The translations under genes and the position numbers were made by a program. DNA of 23,763 nt from Candidatus Aenigmatarchaeota archaeon (GTDB lineage Archaea > Aenigmatarchaeota > Aenigmatarchaeia > CG10238-14 > SpSt-28), in assembly GCA_039000985.1 (NCBI GenBank), contig JAWBMD010000015.1, positions 1-23,763 on the forward strand. The letters run 5' to 3'. The notes under the pieces were generated by a model, which was not told the origin of the DNA, did not search any database, and saw nothing but the letters and a program-made list of their open reading frames with translations. This document shows positions 16,341 through 23,763 of this stretch, piece after piece; within the stretch, counting starts at the first letter, position 1; every line of letters starts with the position of its first letter.

Positions 16341-18362
16341 GTGGAAGAAATAATAGAATTTTTAAAAGAAAATTATGAAAGCCAAATAAATCTAATGCCA
16401 ATTAGTGAAAGCAATTCTTTGTATATAGATTTTAAACTTTTAGAAACCTATAACATACAACTTGCAAAAAAAGTTTTAGAAGAGCCGGAAAAAACAATAA
16501 AAGAATTTGAGGAGGCTTTAAAAAGTATGGATATTTTAATAACAGAAGATAGAAAAGATAAAATTAGAATAAGATTTTTTAATCTATCTGAAAACATAAA
16601 TGTGAGAATAAGAGATTTAAGGGAAAAGCATTTGAGAAAATTTATATGTGTTGATGGAATAATAAAAAGAGCTAGTGAAATAAGACCAGAAATATTCGAA
16701 GCTTTATTCAAATGCCAAAATCCTGAATGTGGATATGAAATATGGGAAGAGCAAAATGAAAGATTTCTGAAAAAGCCATCTATTTGTCCTGTATGTAAAA
16801 GAAAGGGCATGGAAATTATTGACAAAAAACTAAGAGATTGTAGATGGATTGTTATAGAAGATCCTTTTGAATTAAGGGGTGGGGAGAGCACAAGCGAATT
16901 ATTTGTTTACTTAACAGATGAGTTGGTAAGTGAAAAAAACAGAATAAAAACAGAACCTGGAAATAGAATAAAAATTTTTGGTGTATTAAAAGAAATACCA
17001 AGAAGAATTAAAGGTAAAAGCCAAAGAGAAATGGAAATTTATTTAGAAGCTAATAATTTTGAAAGTGTTGAAGCACAATGGGAAGATATAGAAATTAGTG
17101 AGGAAGATGAAAGAAAAATTATAGAGCTAGCAAATGATCCAAATATTTACAATTATTTAATCGAATCTTTGGCTCCATCTATTTTTGGGTATGAAGAAAT
17201 TAAGCTCGCATTAATATTACAAATGTTTGGTGGTGTTGAAATAATTACCCCAGACAAAGTTAGGATAAGAAGTGATATTCATATATTATTAATTGGAGAA
17301 CCTGCTACTGCAAAATCTCAATTTTTAAAAACAGTTAGTCAAATAATGCTACGCTCAAAATATGTCAGTGGAAAAGCTGCTACAAAAGCCGGATTAATAG
17401 CTACTGTTACAAGGGATGAAGAATTTTTAGGTGGATGGGTTTTAGAAGCTGGAGCTGTTGTTTTATGCAATAATTCAATTTGTTGTGTTGATGAGTTTGA
17501 AAAAATAGAGAAAGATGATATGACCGCTCTTCATGAAGTTATGGAGCAGCAAACTGTAAGTATAGCAAAAGCAAGCATAGTAGCTACTTTACCTGCTAGA
17601 ACAAGCATATTAGCTGCAGCTAATCCAAAATATGGAAGATTTGATGAAGTTAAACCAATTTCTGAACAATTAACAATACCAGAAACGATTTTAACAAGGT
17701 TTGATTTAAAATTTGCTTTGAGAGATGTACCTGACGAAGAAAGAGATAGAAAAATAATAGAACATATTGAAAGGGCAAGATACTTTCAAGTTGAAGAATA
17801 TTCGAAACCAAAAATCGATTTAGACTTATTAAGAAAATATATAGCTTATGCCAAATCAAGATGTAAACCAAAACTAACGGAAGAAGCGGGAAGAAAACTA
17901 AAGGAATTCTATTTATCTTTAAGAAAAATGTCGGTGGGTGGAGTAGTTTCAATAACAACAAGACAATACGAAAGCTTAGTTAGACTAGCTCAAGCTTCTG
18001 CTAAAATTCAATTAAGGGAATGGATTAATGAAGATGATGTTAATAGAGCAATCAATCTTTTACTATCCTCATTAAAACAATTCGGACAAGATATTGGAAC
18101 TGGAATAATAGATATAGATAAAGCAGAAGGTCAAAAAATAACTCATGAGCACAGAAGTAAAATAAAAATTATCGAAAGTATAATGAGTGAATTGGAAGCA
18201 AAATATGGTAAATCAATACCAATAGATGAATTAATAAAAGTTGCTAATGAAAATGGTATTGTTGATGTTGAAAATATATTAAGAAAAATGAAAGAAAGTG
18301 GTGATATAATTGAACCAAGACCTGGTAAAATAGAAAGAGTTAAAAGATTGTTTGGAATTTAA
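16341..18362 (+). CDS. mcm: Replicative helicase MCM
   Basis: C4 zinc finger, LAPSIFG, Walker A GEPATAKSQ, LEAGA, Walker B VDEFEK, HEVMEQQTVSIAKA, AAANP, TRFD, and a winged-helix tail with EPRPG. No intein. GTG start. Confidence 0.97.
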   Translation: MEEIIEFLKENYESQINLMPISESNSLYIDFKLLETYNIQLAKKVLEEPEKTIKEFEEALKSMDILITEDRKDKIRIRFFNLSENINVRIRDLREKHLRKFICVDGIIKRASEIRPEIFEALFKCQNPECGYEIWEEQNERFLKKPSICPVCKRKGMEIIDKKLRDCRWIVIEDPFELRGGESTSELFVYLTDELVSEKNRIKTEPGNRIKIFGVLKEIPRRIKGKSQREMEIYLEANNFESVEAQWEDIEISEEDERKIIELANDPNIYNYLIESLAPSIFGYEEIKLALILQMFGGVEIITPDKVRIRSDIHILLIGEPATAKSQFLKTVSQIMLRSKYVSGKAATKAGLIATVTRDEEFLGGWVLEAGAVVLCNNSICCVDEFEKIEKDDMTALHEVMEQQTVSIAKASIVATLPARTSILAAANPKYGRFDEVKPISEQLTIPETILTRFDLKFALRDVPDEERDRKIIEHIERARYFQVEEYSKPKIDLDLLRKYIAYAKSRCKPKLTEEAGRKLKEFYLSLRKMSVGGVVSITTRQYESLVRLAQASAKIQLREWINEDDVNRAINLLLSSLKQFGQDIGTGIIDIDKAEGQKITHEHRSKIKIIESIMSELEAKYGKSIPIDELIKVANENGIVDVENILRKMKESGDIIEPRPGKIERVKRLFGI

Positions 18363-18568
18363 AAAATAGTTTTTTTCTTTCTCAACATTGGTAAACCCGT
18401 TTTCTCATTTTCAACAACTTCATAACCCATGGGTAAATCCCAAAGAGCATCAGCTGGATCTTCAGAAAAATAATAAATAATATTTCCACCCCTACCAACT
18501 TTCATATGCAAATAATATTTCTTCTTATTCTTTTTACTCTTGTATGTAAAAGGACCAAACAAGCCCAT
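18359..18568 (-). CDS. Small basic conserved hypothetical protein (69 aa)
   Basis: Probable start MGLFGPFTYKSKK at 18568. Sequence YYLH...GRGG..IYYFS....DLP.GYEVVENEKTGLPMLRKK. Confidence 0.7.
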   Translation of the reverse strand: MGLFGPFTYKSKKNKKKYYLHMKVGRGGNIIYYFSEDPADALWDLPMGYEVVENEKTGLPMLRKKKTIF

Positions 18569-19052
18569 TTCCCAATGCTTGCTTATTATATAAAACAAGC
18601 CAATATTTTGACCTTATCTTATTGCTTTTTAATTCTTTTTCTATAATATCTTTAACTGAGTTATAAATATCTTTACTATAATTACCTGGCAGACAAAAAA
18701 CAATTACACTATTATAATCATTGCTAAATTCACTTGAATTCACAATCTTCTTTATTTTTCTTTTTATAAATTGTTCATCGCTAAAATCTAATCTTGTTTT
18801 AACTTCAACAAACAATTTGACACCATCTTTTCTTTTTAAATAAATATCAACATACCATTTTATTTTATTATCTTTTTCATCTATAGTTTTAACCTCTTTT
18901 TCACATAAAACTTCTTTTATATTATTAAAACCATATAATTCTATCAAAAATTTAGATAAATATTTTTGTATAGTTGAATGTTCTAAACCAATTTTTTTCT
19001 CCGCAATACCTTTTATACACTCTTCATAAAGCTTTTTCTCTAATTCTCTCAT
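18534..19052 (-). CDS. PD-(D/E)XK nuclease-fold protein
   Basis: H..IQ helix, then CEKEV...VDIY...FVEVKT, giving an E...D...ExK catalytic pattern. Confidence 0.65.
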   Translation of the reverse strand: MRELEKKLYEECIKGIAEKKIGLEHSTIQKYLSKFLIELYGFNNIKEVLCEKEVKTIDEKDNKIKWYVDIYLKRKDGVKLFVEVKTRLDFSDEQFIKRKIKKIVNSSEFSNDYNSVIVFCLPGNYSKDIYNSVKDIIEKELKSNKIRSKYWLVLYNKQALGNGLVWSFYIQE

Positions 19053-19061
19053 AATTTCATT

Positions 19062-21377
19062 TCAGAGCAAAACTTTATATAATCTTATTTCCGAATTCCT
19101 AAAAACAAGCTTGAATTTTTCTAAACCTTGTCCATCAAAAAAGAACAATTTAGTAAAAATTGAATCTCTAATTTTTTCATCAGCTAAAATAACATATGAA
19201 AATGAAGTATCGAGAAATGCTGTCCATCTAGCAATTCTTTCCTCACTCTCAGAAAACCAGTAGCTTGCTGTTCCAACAACAACATTCTCAACCAAATGCT
19301 TTTTAATTCTTCCTCTTTCATCTTGCTGTAATATAAAAACTTGTGTAACATTATTCTTTAATGTTAAACTAACAAAATCTGTGTATTTTAATTCCTTAAT
19401 TTCTACATACCTAATTAAATTATCTAAAATAACTAATGCGGATAAACTATTACCATCGAAACCAATTCTAATTAATCTATCTCTAGAAATTGATTCTCCA
19501 TCTTTAGTAATAATATTTGTTAAAGGAAGTGTGAAAAAATTTCTACCATCGCATTTCCATCTTTTTCCATTACTTTCATTCCAAATTTTCCAATCAAATG
19601 TAGCGAAACAACTCATCCAATAGTATTTTCCTATAAGGTCGCTGCTAGCTATTAAATAAACTTCACTTACTGGCTTACAAGCATCATCTGGCATTTGCGG
19701 AAATTTCTTCTTTGCAATTTCACATTGCTCATTTGTTAGATTTACATACTTTTTAATAATTTCAAAGCTTTCATTTTCATTACTTGTTGAGAATATTTTA
19801 CCCATATCTTGAATTCTTATATCATGATTATAAGGATAACATTCACCACAATGTGCTCCATCTGCATGTACTTTCAAACCTGTATAACCAGCTATTATAT
19901 GGCCGGGATCCCACCATGTTGCAACTAATGCATCTTTATCGGCATTATTTTTTAACCAATCTAACATCTCATACCAATTATTACTAATTTCCATTTCTCT
20001 AGATGCATATCTAAAAGCTATTGAATAGCTAATAATTTGAAATGCAAAAAATGAAAATATAGATAAAGTTATAATAAAAATGAATAAATTTCTCCTTGAG
20101 TAATTTAATATTTCTGATATAACATAAGCAGATGCTACCGAACTAGCAATAGCGAACAAAAGCAAAAATCTTACACCTCTAGTTATTAATAATTCCATGA
20201 AAAAAATCCATAGTATTAAAAAAATTTCAATATAGTTTAATTCTTTCTTTTTTAGTAATTTTACAATAGCAAATGGTATTAATGCTAAAGTAAGAAAAAA
20301 TGATATTCCACCAACTCTATTAGCGATATTTAATATTTCCGAAATATTTAAAGGTTGAAGCTCTGCTACTGATATATTTACTATTAAAGGTTTTGTAGCT
20401 ACATTTGAAAACAACAAAAGAAAAATTATGAATATGGATGAAATAGTAGCACCAATAAATGAAATCTTATAACCAGAAAAAGAATAAATAGAAAAAAAGG
20501 TTACAAGAAATGTGAAAACAGCAATTATTATAAAAATTAAGTAACTGAAAAGAGCTGTGAAAGCTAATCCACCAAAGAAAGATGTAAACATATTTCCAAA
20601 ATTTAATAAATAGCCAATAACATTTGTTGAAATAAATATTATGAAAAATGGTAAAACAATGTTTGATAAATGTGTTTTACTTATTTCCTCTAAATTTATT
20701 TTTCCTTTTTTTATGTATTCTTCAAAAAGTTTAAAAATCACAAAAGATGGTATTGACAAAAAGAAAAGTATTAAAGTTATCCAACCTCCTCCCCAATTAA
20801 ATACAAATAATAAATTTGCTAAAACAGCTAAAACATAAAAATGAATGCGCCTTTTTTCAATAGCTATTATTGTGCAAAGAAGTGAAAGAAAAAAATAAAA
20901 AACTACTGGAGCGTCTGTATCATTGTAACCAGCTACTGAAACACCTAAAAAAGCTGGAGAAAGTAAAATAAAGATTGGGGTGAAAAATGAAGCTATCCAA
21001 TCTTTAGTTATTTTATAAGCTAATAAGTAAGAAACTATTCCTGTTAAAGCAATCATTATAAGTGGGGAAATCTTTGCTGCATAAACTAAATCTAAATTGA
21101 AATATTTTGATAACAAAGCTATAGTATAGCTCCAGCCGGCATAAATATTAATTGGCCTTCCTGGTGGATAATAACTTAGGTAATCCCATTTTGGTAAACG
21201 AAAATTATTTTCTAAAATATTTTTAGCATGCCTAAAAAACCACCATGGATCGTAATCCAATACCATTCTAGAATTTAAAGTCTCTAATCTAACCCAAACA
21301 GCTATAAAAATTATTGAAAATAAAGCAATACATATTGCTAAAAATGTTTCAAGCTTTGCTTTAAATAAACTTTCCAT
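19062..21377 (-). CDS. aglB: Oligosaccharyltransferase AglB (STT3 family), 771 aa
   Basis: Start re-assigned to MESLFK at 21377. LDYDPWWFFR, YNDTD, SVAELQP, VRF, WWDPGH and DLIGK motifs, with multiple TMs. Confidence 0.93.
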   Translation of the reverse strand: MESLFKAKLETFLAICIALFSIIFIAVWVRLETLNSRMVLDYDPWWFFRHAKNILENNFRLPKWDYLSYYPPGRPINIYAGWSYTIALLSKYFNLDLVYAAKISPLIMIALTGIVSYLLAYKITKDWIASFFTPIFILLSPAFLGVSVAGYNDTDAPVVFYFFLSLLCTIIAIEKRRIHFYVLAVLANLLFVFNWGGGWITLILFFLSIPSFVIFKLFEEYIKKGKINLEEISKTHLSNIVLPFFIIFISTNVIGYLLNFGNMFTSFFGGLAFTALFSYLIFIIIAVFTFLVTFFSIYSFSGYKISFIGATISSIFIIFLLLFSNVATKPLIVNISVAELQPLNISEILNIANRVGGISFFLTLALIPFAIVKLLKKKELNYIEIFLILWIFFMELLITRGVRFLLLFAIASSVASAYVISEILNYSRRNLFIFIITLSIFSFFAFQIISYSIAFRYASREMEISNNWYEMLDWLKNNADKDALVATWWDPGHIIAGYTGLKVHADGAHCGECYPYNHDIRIQDMGKIFSTSNENESFEIIKKYVNLTNEQCEIAKKKFPQMPDDACKPVSEVYLIASSDLIGKYYWMSCFATFDWKIWNESNGKRWKCDGRNFFTLPLTNIITKDGESISRDRLIRIGFDGNSLSALVILDNLIRYVEIKELKYTDFVSLTLKNNVTQVFILQQDERGRIKKHLVENVVVGTASYWFSESEERIARWTAFLDTSFSYVILADEKIRDSIFTKLFFFDGQGLEKFKLVFRNSEIRLYKVLL

Positions 21378-21390
21378 AAAAGAATTATTT

Positions 21391-22479
21391 ATGAAAATTA
21401 ATAAAATTATATTGGGAATATATGTACTGTTTTTAGTAACAATAATAATTAAGCTACCGTTTATATCTTTGGATATTATTGGCAAAAAATTTTATTATGA
21501 AATTAATGAAACAGATGCATTAACAATAGAAAATAGATTAAAAAACAAAAATTTCTTTTCAGAAATTTATAGAGAAGAAAATAAATTAGTAATAAAAAGT
21601 CAAGAGAAGCCACAAGATGAAATTTTTAGAAAATGTAATATAGAAATATTCTTGGAAAGAGAAATTACAGAATCTAATTTTTCTGTAAAAAACTATACAA
21701 ATTATTTCATAGAAAATGGAAAAGCTAAATTTTTGCTTTTGAATTCAAGTGAAATAAGCTCGATAATATTAACATCAAAAACAGCTACATTTGATAAACT
21801 AAGTAATGAATATTTAATAATTGGTGCAATAAGTGAAAACATACCAAATTTGAACGAAAGACTTTCCTTAATATTAGAAAATTTTGAAAAAGATATAAAC
21901 AATATTGCTAGAGGAAATTTCCTTTATGTTGTTGATAATGAAACTTTTGGGAATGTTGAAATAAGTAAAGTAATGCAAAAAGGAGCATTAACAATACCCT
22001 TTTTAATAAATGGTTTTGATAAAAAAGATGTTGAGAAAAAAGCAAATATATTAAGCATATGTGGTAAAAGCAAACCTTTGAATTATGATGTGAAATATTT
22101 AATGCAGGAATTTTATATTAATAACTCCATTTACTTTTTTATAGGTTTAATAATTGCAATACTATTAATTCCTTTAATTAAAAAAAGTTTTAATATTTAT
22201 AAGGAAATGTTAATTTTCGTTTTCTTTTTATCTTTAGCTAAAATAATGAACGAAAACTTTGAATTCTCTCCAATATATATTGATTGGGTTGTTCTATTTT
22301 CTTGCATTATATATACGTTGCTAAGAATAAAAGAGAATTTATTCAAAAAATATTTGCTTTATATAATATTAATGGCTGTTATCATTTCTTTATTTCCAAT
22401 AATTAATAAAGCTGGAATAGCATTAATGTTTTTTTCTATAAGCTTTTCTATTAGAAAACTTTTCGATAAATTGAGTTGA
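21391..22479 (+). CDS. Membrane protein, probable highly divergent SecD-like
   Basis: N-terminal TM then SLDIIG (cf. GLDLxGG) and TIENRL (cf. ILExRL), a large soluble domain, INGFDKKDVEKKANIL...KPL, then several TMs containing LRIKE. Confidence 0.5.
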   Translation: MKINKIILGIYVLFLVTIIIKLPFISLDIIGKKFYYEINETDALTIENRLKNKNFFSEIYREENKLVIKSQEKPQDEIFRKCNIEIFLEREITESNFSVKNYTNYFIENGKAKFLLLNSSEISSIILTSKTATFDKLSNEYLIIGAISENIPNLNERLSLILENFEKDINNIARGNFLYVVDNETFGNVEISKVMQKGALTIPFLINGFDKKDVEKKANILSICGKSKPLNYDVKYLMQEFYINNSIYFFIGLIIAILLIPLIKKSFNIYKEMLIFVFFLSLAKIMNENFEFSPIYIDWVVLFSCIIYTLLRIKENLFKKYLLYIILMAVIISLFPIINKAGIALMFFSISFSIRKLFDKLS

Positions 22480-22926
22480 AAAAGAAAAAGCCATACCAAT
22501 AAAAAAACCGGCTATCATATCAGAAACATAATGAAGACCTAAATATAATATCGATGTTGGTACCAAAAAGAAAAAGTATAAATAAGATAAATATTTGAAT
22601 AAATCATATGCTGGCATTATTGAAATAGAAAAACCAGAAATGAACATGTGTGTGGAGGGAAATGAAAAATCGCGTTTTTCTATTGCTGACAAATATGGTC
22701 TTGGAATTGCAATTATGTATTTTAAAAAATATATAAAAATAAAACCAATTATTAAAAAAATTAGCTTTGTTAAAACAAATTTACTATTCTTTACTCTTAA
22801 ATAATATAAAACAAACAAAACTGCTAAAAATAAATATTCGAAATAATATATTGCTGTGAAAAACCAAACTAAAGCTGGATCTCTTATTTTTGCCAAGCTC
22901 TCAAGTATAATTATGCTATTATCCAT
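22423..22926 (-). CDS. PAP2-family lipid (pyro)phosphate phosphatase
   Basis: K-x6-RP (KYIIAIPRP), SFPSTH and LYLGLHYVSD motifs with TM helices. Confidence 0.85.
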   Translation of the reverse strand: MDNSIIILESLAKIRDPALVWFFTAIYYFEYLFLAVLFVLYYLRVKNSKFVLTKLIFLIIGFIFIYFLKYIIAIPRPYLSAIEKRDFSFPSTHMFISGFSISIMPAYDLFKYLSYLYFFFLVPTSILYLGLHYVSDMIAGFFIGMAFSFSTQFIEKFSNRKAYRKKH

Positions 22927-22948
22927 AAAATAAATTTAGAGAATAAAA

Positions 22949-23763
22949 ATGAAGAGCGGAATTGCCGAACTACCTTTACACTATGGAGAATGTCCAAAAT
23001 GGTTATTTGAAAAAATGGTTAAATTGTCTGGAGAAATTTCTAAAATTATAGTAAATGAATTTGGAAAAGAAGAGTTTTTAAAAAGAATTTCAAATCCTTT
23101 TTTCTTTCAAAGCTTTGCTTGTGTTGTTGGATTCGATTGGCGTTCAAGCGGAAGCTCTACAACATTAACATCCGCTCTTAAAAAAGCTTTTTATGAAATT
23201 GAAATAGGTATAAAAGTTCTTGGTGGAAAAGGAGTTACATCAAAAAAAGTTCCAATAGAGATTGATATGCTTGCAGAGCTATATAACTTTTCTGATAAAG
23301 AAATTGAGAAGTTAAAATATGCAAGCAAAATGGTTGCTAAAGTTGATAATTGTGCAATACAAGACAATTATAAACTTTATCATCATGCATTTTTTGTTAC
23401 TGAAAATTGTAGATGGGCTGTTGTGCAACAAGGAATGAATGAAAAAAATAAATTGGCAAGAAGATATCATTGGATAGATGAAAATGTTAAAAGCTTTGTT
23501 AATGAGCCACATTTAGCAATAGTTGGTTTTAAAGAAAAAAATGTTTTAAATATGGTAGCAAAAGAAAGCGAAGAATCAAGAAAAGCTTGTGTGGATATAG
23601 TAAAAGATAATCCATCAAAACTTAGATATATGTTTGCTTCCCCATTTGGATTAATAAAATATTTGAAAATGCCTGTTCAACATACATTTGATTTAAAAGT
23701 ATATGAAAAGCTTTTAAATTTGCATGAATTTAAACCAAAAAATTATGAAGAGCTTTTAGCCTT
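22949..23763 (+). CDS. DUF763 family protein (truncated by the window end)
   Basis: Not in the track. Reads MKSGIAELPLHYGECPKWLFEKM...FFQSFACVVGFDWRSSG...GGKG...AKVDNCAIQD...LYHH...WAVVQQGMN...ARRYHW...FVNEPH, open to the window end. Confidence 0.9.
   Translation, partial: MKSGIAELPLHYGECPKWLFEKMVKLSGEISKIIVNEFGKEEFLKRISNPFFFQSFACVVGFDWRSSGSSTTLTSALKKAFYEIEIGIKVLGGKGVTSKKVPIEIDMLAELYNFSDKEIEKLKYASKMVAKVDNCAIQDNYKLYHHAFFVTENCRWAVVQQGMNEKNKLARRYHWIDENVKSFVNEPHLAIVGFKEKNVLNMVAKESEESRKACVDIVKDNPSKLRYMFASPFGLIKYLKMPVQHTFDLKVYEKLLNLHEFKPKNYEELLA

Noticed and set aside
16018..16401. 128-aa N-terminal extension of the glycosyltransferase ORF in the track
   Set aside because: It is the antisense shadow of rpl44e and the mcm start. 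GT4 homology begins at MKIGFFTD (16017).
17293..17325. MCM Walker A GEPATAKS deviating from GDPGxxKS
   Set aside because: The catalytic KS, Walker B, sensor-1 and arginine finger are intact, so this is within normal variation. No intein is present.
21378..21485. 36-aa N-terminal extension of AglB in the track
   Set aside because: It uses a non-ATG start and overlaps the divergent gene. The ATG at 21377 precedes the first TM as expected.
1..23763. CRISPR array, IS element, rRNA or alternative genetic code
   Set aside because: No spaced direct repeats, transposase or long GC-rich structural RNA were seen by eye, and conserved genes translate full-length with the standard archaeal code.

Overview
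A very AT-rich, extremely gene-dense archaeal chromosome segment. It is most consistent with a DPANN lineage, possibly Aenigmatarchaeota-like; this is inferred from scrambled ribosomal operons, a GKGGG-type insert in uS5, trimmed proteins and near-zero intergenic space. Content is mostly housekeeping: a tRNA-maturation cluster (CCA-adding enzyme, RNase Z, tRNA-Thr(UGU), a three-unit epsilon2-type splicing endonuclease), GatE, ribosomal proteins (eS26, uS11, eL19, uL18, uS5, eL42), MCM, endonuclease IV, SSB and a DHH phosphoesterase. Surface and glycosylation genes include two type IV pilins, a T2SS-F/TadC protein, a GT4, AglB, a PAP2 phosphatase and a degenerate SecD-like protein. Three ORFs missing from the supplied track were read directly: a partial pilin (1-70), a 47-aa small protein (4219-4362) and a partial DUF763 protein (22949-end). 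No CRISPR array, rRNA or mobile element was seen, and no clearly new multi-gene system. The best leads are the ARMAN-type EndA, the 47-aa gene with paired TAC-N6-GTA palindromes around its TATA-like box, a metallophosphoesterase with both metal-1 histidines substituted, eS26 in a probable DPANN genome, and recurrent ~30-bp bidirectional promoters.
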